Assembly: GCF_036365525.1 (NCBI RefSeq)
Contig: NC_090390.1
Location: forward strand, 71,516,153 to 71,580,152
Length of the DNA: 64,000 nucleotides
Origin: Heterodontus francisci
Taxonomy: Eukaryota
Direction: 5' to 3'
In this document: positions 49,763 through 62,250 of the stretch, piece after piece
Layout of the letters: each line of letters begins with the position of its first letter
Position numbering within the stretch: the first letter of the stretch is position 1
Position numbers and translations under genes: made by a program
Notes under the pieces: model-generated
The model's database searches: none
Told to the model about the DNA's origin: nothing
What the model saw: only the letters and a program-made list of their open reading frames with translations

Positions 49763-52700
49763 GGGGTAGGCAGTGGCATAGGGGCATTATCGCTGGACTA
49801 GTAACCCAGAGACCCAGCGTATTTCTCTGGGGACATGGGTTCGAATCCCACCACAGCAGAAGGTGGAATTTGAATTTAATTAATAAATCTGGAATTAAAA
49901 GCTAGTCTAATGATGGCCATGAAACCATTGTCAATTGTTGTAAAAATCCATCTGGTTCACTAATGTCCTTTAGGGAAGGAAATCTGCTGTCCTTACCTGG
50001 TCTGGCCTACATGTGACGCCAGACCCACAGCAATGTGGTTAACTCTTACATGCCCTCTGAAATGGCCTAGCAAGCCACTCAGTTGTACCTAACCGCTACA
50101 AAGTTAATAAAAAGGAATGAAACCGGACAGACCACCCGGCATCAACCTAGGCACCGGAAACGACAACGGCAAACCCAGCCCTGTCGACCCTGCAAAGTCC
50201 TCCTTACTAACATCTGGAGGCTTGTACCAAAGTTGGGAGAGCTGTCCCACAGACTAGTCAAGCAACAGCCTGACATAGCCATACTCACGGAATCATACCT
50301 TACAGACAATGTCCCAGACTCTGCAATCACTATCCCTGGGTATGTCCTGTCCCACCGGCAGGACAGACCCAGCAGAGGTGGTGGCACAGTGGTATACAGT
50401 AGGGAGGGAGTTGCCCTGGAAGTCCTCAACATCGACTCCGGACCCCATGAAGTCTCATGGCATCAGGTCAAACATGGGCAAGGTAACCTCCTACTGATTA
50501 CCACCGACCTCAGCTGATGACTTAATACTCCACCATGTTGAACACCACGTGGAGGAAGCACTGAGGGTGGCAAGGGCACAAAATGTACTCTGGGTGGGGG
50601 ACTTCAATGTCCATCACCATGAGTAGCTCGGTAGCACCACTACTGACCGAGCTGGCCGAGTCCTAAAGGACATAGCTGCTAGACTGGGTCTATGGCAGGT
50701 GGTGGGGTAACCAACACGAGGGAAAAACATACTTGACCTCATCCTCACCAATCTGCCTGCTGCAGATGCCTCTGTCCATGACTGTATTGGTAGGAGTGAC
50801 CACCGCATAGTCCTTGTGGAGACGAAGTCCCGCCTTCACATTGAGGATACCGTCCATCGTGTTGTGTGGCACTATCACCGTGCTAAATGGGATAGATTTT
50901 GAACAGATCTAGCAATGCAAAACTGGGCATCCATGAGGTGCTGTGAGTCATCAGCAGCAGCAGAATTGTACTCAACCACAATCTGTAACCTCATGGCCTG
51001 GCATATCCCTCTACCATTACCATCAAGCCAGGAGACCAACCCTGGTTCAATGAAGAGTGCAGGAGGGCATGCCAGGAGCAGCACCAGGCATACCTCAAAA
51101 TGAGGTGTCAACCTGGTGAAGCTACAACACAGGACTATCTGCGTGCCAAACTGCGTAGGCAGCATGCGATAGACAGAGCGAAGCGATCCCATAACCAACG
51201 GATCAGATCTAAGCTCTGCAGTCCTGCCACATCCAGCCGTGAATGGTGGTGGACAATTAAACAACTGACTGGAGGAGGTGGGTCCACAAATATCCCCATC
51301 CTCAATGATGGGGGAGCCCAGCACATCAGTGCTAAAGATAAGGCTGAAGCATTTGCAACAATCTTCAGCCAGAAGTGCCGAGTTGATGATCCATCTCGGC
51401 CTCCTCCTGAAGTCCCCAGCATGACAGATGCCAGACTTCAGCCAATTTGATTCACTCCGCGTGATATCAAGTAACGACTGAAGGCACTGGATACTGCAAA
51501 AGCTATGGGCCCTGACAGCATTCCGGCAATAGTACTGAAGACCTGTGCTCCAGAACTTGCCGCGCCCCTAGCCAAGCTGTTCCACAACAGCTACAACACT
51601 GGCATCTACCCTGCAATGTGGAAAATTGCCCAGGTATGTCCCGTACACAAAAAGCAGGACAAATCCAACCCGGCCAATTACCGCCCCATCAGCCTACTCT
51701 CTATCATCAGTAAAGTAATGGAAGGTGTCATCAACAGTGCCACCAAGCGGCACTTGCTTCGCAATAACCTGCTCAGTGACGCTCAGTTTGGGTTCCGCCA
51801 GGGCCACTCAGCTCCTGACCTCATTACAGCCTTGGTTCAAACATGGACAAAAGGTGAGGTGAGAGTGACTGCCCTTGACATCAAGGCAGCATTTGACCAA
51901 GTATGGCATCAAGGAGCCCTAGCAAAACTGAGGTCAATGGGAATCAGGGGGAAAACCCTCCGCTGACTGGAGTCATACCTAGCGCAAAGGAAGATGATTG
52001 TGGTTGTTGGAGGTCAATCATCTGAGCTCCAGGACATCAGTGCAGGAGTTCCTCAGGGTAGCGTCCTAGGCCCAACCATCTTCAGCTGCTTCATCAATGA
52101 CCTTCCTTCAATCATAAGGTCAGAAGTTGGGATGTTCGCAGATGATTGCACAATGTTCAACACCATTCGTGACTCCTCAGATACTGAAGCAGTCTGTGTA
52201 GAAATGTAGCAAGACCTGGACAATATCCCGGCTTGGGCTGATAAGCGGCGAGTAACATTCACGCCACACAAGTGCCAGGCAATGATCATCTCCAACAAGA
52301 GAGAATCTAACCATCTCCCCTTGACATTCAACAGCATTACCATCGCTGAATCCCCCACTATCAACATCCTAGGGGTTACCATTGATCAGAAACTGAACTG
52401 GAGAAGCCATATAAATACCGTGGCTACAAGAGCAGGTCAGAGGCTAGGAATCCTGAGGTGAGTAACTCACCTCCTGACTCCCCAAAGCCTGTCCACCGCC
52501 TACAAGGCACAAGTCAGGAGTGTGATGGAATACTCTTCACTTGCCTGGTTGGGTGCAGCTCCAACAACACTCAAGATGCTCGACACCATCCAGGACAAAG
52601 CAGCCCGCTTGATTGGCACCCCATCTACAAACATTCACTCCCTCCACCACCGATGCACAGTGGCAGCAGTGTGCACCATCTACAAGATGCACTGCAGCAA

Positions 52701-53034
52701 TGCACCAAGGCTCCTTAGACAGCACCTTCCAAACCCGTGACCTCTACCAACGAGAAGGACAAGGGCAGCAAATGCATGGGAACACCACCACCTTCAAGTT
52801 CCCCTCCCAGTCACACACCATCCTGACTTGGAACTATATCGCCGTTCCTTCACTGTCGCTGGGTCAAAATCCTGAAACTCCCTTCCTGACAGCACTGTGG
52901 GTGTACCTATCCCACATGGACTGCAGCAGTTCAAGAAGGCAGCTCACCACCACCTTCTCAAGAGCAATTAGGGATGGGCAATAAATGCTGGCCTGGCCAG
53001 TGACACCCACATCTCATGAATGAATTTTTTAAAA
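49763..53034 (+). mobile_element. tRNA-headed, ORF1-less LINE (APE endonuclease and RT; CR1/Jockey group, clade uncertain); full length but mutated
   Basis: A box TGGCATAGGGG at 49774 and B box GGTTCGAATCC at 49838; EN motifs ILTESYL, GGGT, WVGDFN and SDH; RT motifs YRPISLLS, DIKAAFD, GVPQGSVLGP and FADD; possible TSD AACTTATATA/AACTTAGAAA. Confidence 0.9.
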
Positions 53035-53875
53035 AACTTAGAAAGTTATGTAGCTCTTGCCGGGTGGCAGAACAGTGAAGATTGGCTCCTCTGACTGCAA
53101 TAGTAATCTGTCATAACTCCCTATCAAACAATTAGAAATTGGAAAACCTCAAATCATTTTCCATGTAAATTAATTCAATTCAGTTTTAATTCCTTGTGCA
53201 TGAGCATTTATTTTGCCAGGTTTTTTCATTTTGTCAGGTTTATAGCCTTAATTACAAGCATTTCCCATCGGCATTTATAAACCTGTTCTTTCAAAGGACC
53301 GTAAATTAAAAATCAATAACACTGCAAAGTTCAAATGCTTTGTTCATCAACCCAACCGTGAGTTTACAGCCTTGAAATAACTCCCATGTAACCAATCTTT
53401 TTTTCTCATATTCACGAGAATAGTTTTGCTCTGTTTGGCTCATGCTTTTGTTGGTGGAAATTGTTCACAAGCTATACTGCAAACGTCAGTGAAAGACAGG
53501 AAGAAAGAATTTGCATTTATATAGTGCTTTTCACCACCTCAGGACATCCCAAAGTGCTTTACAGTTAATGAAGTACTTTTGAAGTGCAGTCACTGTTGTA
53601 AGGTAGGAAAGCGTAACCGAATAATTGTAACATGATCAGTGCAAGCTCACCATCAATCAAAGTTGATAATTAAGAAATTATTCTACCTTTGTATTGATGG
53701 TGAAACACCAATGGCTGGAGCAGATGGTATAAAGACCTTTCTGATTGATCTGTGCCAGCAGTTAACAGATCACTGTTTACACTCCTTCATAATTGTCATT
53801 GCTGTGGTGGTTCAATAAAGATGCTGATGTTGGCAGCCTGTATACCCTCAGCTACAGCCTCCCATTGATCCCATG

Positions 53876-55256
53876 AGGCACAGTGCAGCTTTCGAGCAGA
53901 GAGATCCACCATTGACATGCTGTTCTCCCTTGGCCAGCTACAAGAGGAATGCCATGAACAACAGATGCCCATCTACGTTGCTTTCATTGATCTCACCAAA
54001 GCCTTTGACCTCATCAGCAGATGTGGTCTCTTCAGACTACTAACAAAGATCGGATGTCCACCAAAGCTACTAGGTATCCAGGGCTGTGTTCTCACACCCG
54101 CACTGTTTGGGATCTTCTTCTCACTGCTGCTCTCCCATGCGTTCAAGTCTTCAGAAGAAAGAATTTTCCTCCACACAAGATCAGATGGCAGGTTGTTCAA
54201 CCTTGCCCGTCTTGGAGCAAAGACCAAAGTACGGAATGTCCTCATCAGGGAACTCCTCTCTGCTGATGATGCTGCATTAACATCCCACACAGAAGAGTAT
54301 CTGCAGAGACTCATCGACAGGATTGCGGCTGACTGCAACAAATTTGGCCCAACCATCAGCCTCAAGAAAACGAACATCATGGGACAGGACATCAGAAATG
54401 CTTCATCCATCAATATTGGCGACCACACTCTGGAAGTGGTTCAAGAGTTCACCTACCTAGGCTCAACTATCACCAGTAACCTGTCTCTCGATGCAGAAAT
54501 CAACAAGCGCATGGGAAAGGCGTCCGCTGTTATGTCCAGTCTGGCCAAGAGGGTGTGGGAAAATGGCGCACTGACATGGAACACAAAAGTCCGAGTGTAT
54601 CAAGCCTGTGTCCTCAGTACCTGGCTCTACGGCAGCGAGGCCTGGACAACGTATGTAAGCCAAGAGCGACGTCTCAACTCATTCCATCTTCGCTGCCTCC
54701 GGAGAATCCTTGGCATCAGGTGGCAGGACCATATCTCCAACGCAGAAGTCCTCGAGGCGGCCAACATCCCCAGCATATACACCCTACTGAGCCAACAGCG
54801 CTTGAGATGGCTTGGCCATGTGAGTCGCATGGAAGATGGCAGGATCCCCAAGGACACATTGTACAGCGAGCTCGTCACTGGTATCAGACCCACCGGCCGT
54901 CCATGTCTCCGCTTTAAAGACGTCTGCAAACGCGACATGAAGTGCTGTGACATTGACCACAATTCGTGGGAGTCAGTTGCCAGTGATCGCCAGAGCTGGC
55001 GGACAGCCATAAAGGCGGAGCTAAAGAGTGGCGAGTCGAAGAGACTTAGCAGTTGGCAGGAAAAAAGACAGAAGCGCAAGGGGAGAGCCAACTGTGTAAC
55101 AGCCCCAACAACCAATTTTATCTGCAGCGCCTGTGGAAGAGTCTGTCACTCTAGAATTGGCCTTTATAGCCACTCCAGGCACTGCTTCACAAACCACTGA
55201 CCACCTCCAGGCGCTTACCCATTGTCTTTCGAGACAGGGAGGTCAAAGAAGAAGGA
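53876..55256 (+). mobile_element. RTE LINE, 5'-truncated with an in-frame internal deletion, subfamily B
   Basis: ORF 53917-55200; lacks the segment between PKLL and QGCV that is present at 28490-28590; 70-bp flanking duplication. Confidence 0.96.
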
Positions 55257-55342
55257 GGTAGTTCAATAAAGATACTGATGTTGGCAGCCTATATTCCCTC
55301 AGCTACAGCCTCCCATTGATCCCATGCAGCAACAACATTGAA

Positions 55343-56553
55343 CAAAGAAGAAAGAACAGTACAGCACAGGAACAGGCCATTCGGCCCTCCAAGCCTGCGC
55401 CGATCTTGATGCCTGCCTAAACTAAAACCATCTGCACTTCCGGGGACCATATCCCTCTATTCCCATCCTATTCATGTATTTGTCAAGATGCCTCTTAAAC
55501 GTCGCTATTGTACCTGCTTCCACCACCTCCCCCGGCAGCAAGTTCCAGGCACTCACCACCCTCTGTGTAAAGAACTTGCCTCGCACATCCCCTCTAAACT
55601 TTGCCCCTCTCACCTTAAACCTATGTCCCCTAGTAACTGACTCTACCACCCTGGGAAAAAGCTTCTGACTATCCACTCTGTCCATGCCGCTCATAACTTT
55701 GTAAACCTCTATCATGTCACCCCTCCACCTCCGTCGTTCCAGTGAAAACAATCCGAGTTCTTCCAACCTCTCCTCATAGCTAATGCCCTCCAGACCAGGC
55801 AACATCCTGGTAAACCTCTTCTGTACCCTCTCCAAAGCCTCCACGTCCTTCTGGTAGTGTGGCGACCAGAATTGCACGCAATATTCTAAGTGTGGCCTAA
55901 CTAAAGTTCTGTACAGCTGCAGCATGACTTGCCAATTTTTATACTCTATGCCCCGACCGATGAAGGCAAGCATGCCGTATGCCTTCTTGACTACCTTATC
56001 CACCTGCGTTGCCACTTTCAGTGACCTGCGGACCTGTACGCCCAGATCTCTCTGCCTGTCAATACTCCTAAGGGTTCTGCCATTTACTGTATACTTCCCA
56101 CCTGCATTAGATCTTCCAAAATGCATTACCTCACATTTGTCCGGATTAAACTCCATCTGCCATTTCTCCGCCCAAGTCTCCAACCGATCTATATCCTGCT
56201 GTATCCTCTGACAATCCTCATCACTATCCGCAACTCCACCAACCTTTGTGTCGTCCGCAAACTTACTAATCAGACCAGCTACATTTTCCTCCAAATCATT
56301 TATATATAATACAAAGAGCAAAGGTCCCAGCACTGTTCCCTGCTGAACACCACTAGTCACATCCCTCCATTCAGAAAAGCACCCTTCCACTGCTAACCTC
56401 TGTCTTCTATGACAGAGCCAGTTCTGTATCCATCTTGCCAGCTCACCTCTGATCCCATGTGACTTCACCTTTTGTACCAGTCTGTCATGAGGGGCCTTGA
56501 AGTCCATATGGATAACATCCACTGCCCTTCCTTCATCAATCATCTTTGTCACT
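55343..56553 (-). mobile_element. CR1 LINE, 5'-truncated and relatively young (stop-free RT C-terminal frame)
   Basis: ORF 55422-56702 with KFADD and LEYCVQFWSP; its N-terminal ~50 aa come from flanking DNA. Confidence 0.95.
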
Positions 56554-56867
56554 TGCCACTTACAGGCAAGTACCTCAAAGCTAATGCAGGTAACCATTCT
56601 AGTTACCAATCTCAGTGCAGATAGAAAAGTCTGTGTTCTGGTGACATGCCCAGAGGAGAAAAATAAAACTTGAGTTAAAAACTGGGTTGTCACAGTTTGC
56701 ACTGCAGCCCAGGGTCTGCTGTGATGTAATACATTGCATTGGTCAACAGGATAGCAGAGTTTCTAAGAAAACCTAAACATAACCCTAAAACCTCCAATAA
56801 AGCACAAATGCCTTCTTTCTTTAATATCATTTGATAAATTTCGTGCTAATCTAAACTAGGGATGTTT

Positions 56868-56994
56868 GGGGGTGAAATTCACCTTGTGCAGAAGTGCAGA
56901 ACGACAATAGCGAATCTGCAGCCCACTGGTAAACTCAGGTGGGCAAATCGCTAATGCCCAGTTTGCACAATTGCCCAAGCTGAATTTCACCCCC
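56868..56994. mobile_element. 127-bp MITE (Harbinger-like TIR)
   Basis: Perfect 13-bp TIR GGGGGTGAAATTC / GAATTTCACCCCC. Confidence 0.75.
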
Positions 56995-57559
56995 GCCGTC
57001 CTTAGCAGGGAATAGAATGTTGACTAGATGCAGAGTAGAGCTGCTTTATTTGTTGGCCCAATACTACAACTTAAACTCCAATTTCAAAATGGAATCTGCT
57101 GCCATTTCCCTCATTAACTACCCCCATGCATTCTCTGAATGCCAATTTAGTGTCAATCAGTCATGAGTTATGGGCATTTGAATTCTTTTGGTCTGTGTTC
57201 ACTTGGAGCTGGGTTGAGATTTCTCCAAACTCCTTCAGTGTTGGATTCTTAGAGCCAGTAGAGAGAGAAAACTGTCAGACTGAATGCCAACCCTGGTCCC
57301 AAAGGTGAACAGACAGTGTTTTAACCCAGTGCAGTAGCCAGTGCCTGTGATAATACACCTTTAGCATTTTAACTTTTATACCCAAATATAGGAAGTCAAA
57401 ACTAAAACTAGGAAACTCCGTATGTGTTTTCTTTTATATATCATGCCCTGACAGTTACAGGTGAGTATGAAACTTTATGATATAGAATCTGTACATTTAC
57501 ATAATTCAGCACTGGAATTCTAGCTAAAAGTTGAGGAAGTATATTCTATCTATGCTCAT

Positions 57560-59775
57560 GGGATCTTAGAAAGTTTATGGCACAGAAAGAAGCCACTTGG
57601 CCCATCGTGACAGTGCCGGCCAGGAAAGAAAAGAGCCATCCAGCCTAATCCTACTTTCCGGCATTTGGTCCATAGCCCTGCAGGTTTTGGCACTTCACAT
57701 GCACATCCAGGCACATTTTAAATGAGATAAGGTTTTCTGCCTCTACCACCCTTTCAGGCAGTGAGTTCCCGAACCCCACCACCCATTGGGTGAAAAGGTT
57801 TTTCCTCATCTTCTCTCTAATCATTCAACCAATCACTTTATATCTATGCCCCCTAGTCACTGACCCCTCTGCTAAGGGAAGTAGACACTTCCCATCCACT
57901 CTATCCAGGCTCCTCATAATTTTTCACATCTCGAATAAAAACCAGAAATGCTGGAAATACTCAGCAGGTCTGGCAGCATCTGTGGAGAGAGTAGCCAAGT
58001 TAACGCTTCAGGTCAGTGACCCTTCTTCAGAACTGACAAATATCAGAAATGTAAAATGTTTTATGCAAGTAAAGCGGGGGGTGGGACAAGAGATAACAAA
58101 AGAGAAGGTGTTGATAGGACAAGGTCACAGGGAATAACTGACCAGAAGGTCATGGAACAAAGGTAAATGGTATGTTAATGGTGTGCTGAAAGACAAAGCG
58201 TTAGTACAGAGAGGGTGTTAATTGACTGTAAAATGCACAGCCCTGGCTCCAAGAACAAACATTAAAAAAAACAGTGGGTAGGCACAGTAGAAACAAACTA
58301 AACAAACTAAAATAAAATAAACAAAGAAAAAAGAAAAAAGAAAAAATAACCAGAAATAAAAGGGGGGCCCATCATGCTCTGAAATTATTGAACTCAGTGT
58401 TCAGTCCAGCAGGCTGTAGTGTGCCTAATCGGTAAATGAGATGCTGTTCCTCGGGCTTGCATTGGTGTTGACTGGAACACTGCAGCAATTCCAGGACAGA
58501 GATGTGAGCATGAGAGCGGGGTGGCTGTTGCAATGGCGAGCAACCGGAAGCTCGGGGTCATGCTTACGGACTGAGCACTTCCCCTCCCTCCCAGAACCGC
58601 GACAGGGTTCCCCTTGTCCTCACTTTCCACCCCACCAGCCTCCACATCCAAAGGATCATCCTCTGCCATTTCCGCCACATCCAGCATGATGCTACTACCA
58701 AACACATCTTCCCCTCCCCTCCCCTGTCAGCATTCTAAAGGGATCATTCCCTCCCTGACACCCTGGTCCACTCCTCCATTACCCCCACCACCTTGTCCCC
58801 TTCCCACGGCACCTTCCCCTGCAATCGCAGGAGGTGTAATAACTGCCCATTTACCTCCTCTCTCCTCACTATCCTAGGCCCCAAACACTCCTTTCAGGTG
58901 AAACAGCGATATACCTGTACTTCTTTCAATTTAGTATACTGTATTCACTGCTCACAATGTGGTTCCCTCTACATTGGGAAGACCAAATGCAGATTAGGTG
59001 ACCGCTTTGTGGAACACCTCCGCTCAGTCCATAAGCATGACCCCCGAGCTTCCGGTTGCTCGCCATTTCAACACCGCCCCATCACCACCCCACCCCTGCT
59101 CTCATGCTCACATCTCTGTCCTGGGCTTGCTGCAGTGTTCCAGGGAACATCAACGCAAACTCGAGGAACAGCACCTCATATACCGATTAGGCACACTACA
59201 GCCTGCCGGACTGAACATTGAGTTAAGTAATTTCAGAGCATGACAGGTCGCCTCCCTTTTATTTTTAGTTATTTTTTCTTTTTTCTTATTTGTTTATTTT
59301 ATTTTAGTTTGTTTAGTTTGTTTCTACTGTGCCTACCCACTGTTTTTTTAATGTTTGTGCTTGGAGCCAGGGCTGTTCATTTCACAGTCAATTGACACTC
59401 TCTCTGTACTAACGCTTTGTCTTTCAGCACACTATTAACCTATCGTTTGCCTTTGTTCCATGTCCTTCTGGTCAGTTATTCTCTGTGACCTTGTCCTATC
59501 AACACCTTCTCTTTTGTCATCTCTTGCCCCACCCCCGCTTTACTTGCTTAAAACGTTTTACATTTCTAATATTTGTCAGTTCTGATGAAGGGTCACTGAC
59601 CTGAAACGTTAACTCTGCTTCTCTCTCCACAGATGCTGCCAGACCTGCTGAGTATTTCTAGCATTTCTTGTTTTTATTTCAGATTTCCAGCATCTGCAGT
59701 ATTTTGCTTTCATTTTTGTACATCTCAATCAAATCTCCCCTAAGCCTTCTCTGTTCCAAGGAGAAAAACCCCAGG
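57560..59775 (-). mobile_element. CR1 3' fragment split by the Penelope insertion
   Basis: CR1 sequence at 57560-57932 resumes at 59711-59775 (acatctcaatcaaatctcccc...tccaaggagaaaaacccc). Confidence 0.8.
57933..59710 (+). mobile_element. Penelope-like element: GIY-YIG endonuclease end with an inverted 5' copy
   Basis: NLVYCIHCSQCGSLYIGKT..RF.EH...EQHLIYRLGTLQPAGLN at 58793-59243; 57934-58577 is an inverted copy of 59021-59680. Confidence 0.93.
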
Positions 59776-60019
59776 TTTTCAATTTCATTCTATTTTCTAT
59801 CTACAAAACAATTTTTAAGAAGTTGTTACTGTTTGGTGCAGTAAGTACAACAGTAATTGGATCAACCGTAAAATAAAATTCTAAAACTCCCAAGTTAAGG
59901 CTTCAATGTGAAGTAAATGAAAGGGGCAGCTTCACTGCATTAGGAAGTTAGAATGTATAAGATTAACAGATTTGTAGCTTAAAATACAATTTGGACATTA
60001 CATGGATAAACACATCATT

Positions 60020-60142
60020 CCGAAGAAGGGTCACTGACCCGAAACGTTAACTCTGCTTCTCTTTCTGCCAGACCTGCTGAGTGGTTCCAGCATTTCTTGT
60101 TTTTATTTCAGATTTCCAGCATCCGCAGTATTTTGCTTTTAT
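60020..60142 (+). mobile_element. Penelope-derived short retroposed unit
   Basis: Nearly identical to 7920-8048; 13-bp TSD TAAACACATCATT at 60007-60019 and 60143-60155. Confidence 0.85.
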
Positions 60143-60749
60143 TAAACACATCATTACTCTGGTAAAGCATCTTACTAAGTACTACACCTTGATGGCATGG
60201 CCCGTTTAAGATTCCCAGCTCCATAGTTGCTGTGTCTACAGATAGAAGATGCTGGCCGTGAAGTGAAATAATAGCTTCCCAGATTATTCAAGACTGGGGT
60301 TTCAAACCCTGAGGAAAAATAAGTATATTATTAAAACGGATTGTCTAGGTCTATGGGGAAGTGAAGCAATTCCAGTTTACAAGAGCCAGGCAGATTAACA
60401 AGGTGTCCTGGGATTGGTGCCTTAGCCGTGGGAACTAGACTTCCACAAGTCATAGACCAAATTTTACATGTTCAAAGTCATATCTATAAACAGTGACTAT
60501 TTTTAATCTTTGCAATCTGACTAAGAAAGGTCATGCTTTACTAAATGGCCTTCTGTATGTTTGTAGTAAAAAGAAATGTTCCTGTCAATGCCAGCCTATT
60601 TACTCTTTGAGTATTATATGACTTAGTCAATAATTAATCAGAGCTTTTTGAACACTGCACTGAATTGGAGCATACGGCAAAACAGAAACCTAATACTGTA
60701 AAAACAATTCAAATGAAGATTTTCAGAATTCTCAGAAAGTTGATACATT

Positions 60750-61234
60750 GGGCCAGAAATTAGTCTGGGCTTTGGGTGGCCAGCATGCTGCTGAAACAAG
60801 AGGATTGATGGATGAAGAGATCAGTGTCGGACCATCTGTCTCTCCAGTAATGGCCCCCAGGTAAGACTTGGGTGGTGGGGTCAATTGCGGCTCCTGTGGA
60901 GTTAGAGGAGCTCTTCTGCTCCTCTTGGTACTGCAGCATGGATTCCTTTGAATAAACATTTTTCAGTGGTGCTGAGGCTGCTGAAGATTTCTGAGTGGTT
61001 TCGGCCCCGACACAGTCAACAGACAAAGCCCCAAAAGGGACCCTCATCAAGTGTTAGACCCCTCAATTACATTTCAAGGGGCTGGGTGGGGACCTAAAAA
61101 ACAGGCCCCCAAAATTTAGCAGTGGGACCAACACTTGTGCAGATTGGGCAGAAGTCACCCCACTGCTAAACTGGCATGTTGTACACCAAATCTATGCTCA
61201 AAAAATGAGCGCAAAGCATACCAATTTGTACCCC
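60750..61234. mobile_element. Harbinger-type MITE, old
   Basis: Ends GGGCCAGAAATTAG / CCAATTTGTACCCC; flanks ATT/AGT. Confidence 0.5.
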
Positions 61235-61429
61235 AGTATGTTAATATAATAAAATTAAATCCAAGGTGAGATTTTACAGTAGCCAGCAATATTACTGTTT
61301 TGTTTTTGAGTGGTTTTATCTGGAGACTACAGTATTTTTCACTGCACCACTTTTCCCTCGGAATAATTGTGCTCTATTCACTTGCACAGCTGGAGAGTGA
61401 GCTCTTGTGGGCAGACAGCGTGTGTTTTT

Positions 61430-61764
61430 GTTTAGAGATACAGCACTGAAACAGGCCCTTCAGCCCACCGAGTCTGTGCCGACCATCAACCACCCATTTA
61501 TACTAATCCTACACTAATTCCATATTCCTACCACATCCCCACCTGTCCCTATATTTCCCTGTCACCTACCTATACTAGGGGCAATTTATAATGGCCAATT
61601 TACCTACCAACCTGCAAGTCCTTTGGCTGTGGGAGGAAACCGGAGCACCCGGAGGAAACCCACGCAGACACAGGGAGAACTTGCAAACTCCACACAGGCA
61701 GCACCCAGAATTGAACCCGGGTCGCTGGAGCTGTGAGGCTGCGGTGCTAACCACTGCGCCACTG
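61430..61764 (-). mobile_element. HE1-type V-SINE
   Basis: Reverse complement of 30856-31212. Confidence 0.92.
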
Positions 61765-62129
61765 TTATTATATATTAGGTTACTAATATAATTACAAAAA
61801 CATAAGACTTGAAATTTCTCCTGGTGAAAGTCCTTACACCTGTGGCCATTGTGTAGATAATCTTGAGCACCTCAGCTTGTCTGTTTTTCATCTACCTCGT
61901 GTTGTGTTTTAAATGCTGACCTGGATGCCTGATGACAGTGTGTTCTCTCATGCAGGAGATGCATGAGCTTGAAGAGCAGCTCAGCTCTGACTCAGTGTAC
62001 AATGCCCCCAGTTAACAGAGGACCCTGTGATCTTCCTGGTTTCATACACTTCACTTGCAGTCCAATAGCTTGTCCAGTTCAAATGGCTGGTAAATTCTAA
62101 TTGGTTCTCACATGTCACGGACAGGTCAC

Positions 62130-62250
62130 TTAGGAAAGGGCATTGACCTGAAGAATTAACTCTGTTTCTCTCACCACAGATGGCTGACCTGCTATTTCCA
62201 GCAGTTTCTATTTTTATTTCAGATTTTCAGCATCCGCTGTATTTTGTGCT
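62130..62250 (+). mobile_element. Penelope-derived short repeat (diverged)
   Basis: gacctgaagaattaactctg...tcagattttcagcatccgctgtattttg. Confidence 0.7.

Noticed and set aside
50875-51422. Antisense ORFs over LINEs (also 2012-2618 and 53973-55115)
   Set aside because: They are shadow frames of LINE coding sequence with no independent support.
55422-56702. 426-aa ORF as a host gene
   Set aside because: It is the CR1 ORF2 C-terminal half with a fortuitous upstream extension.
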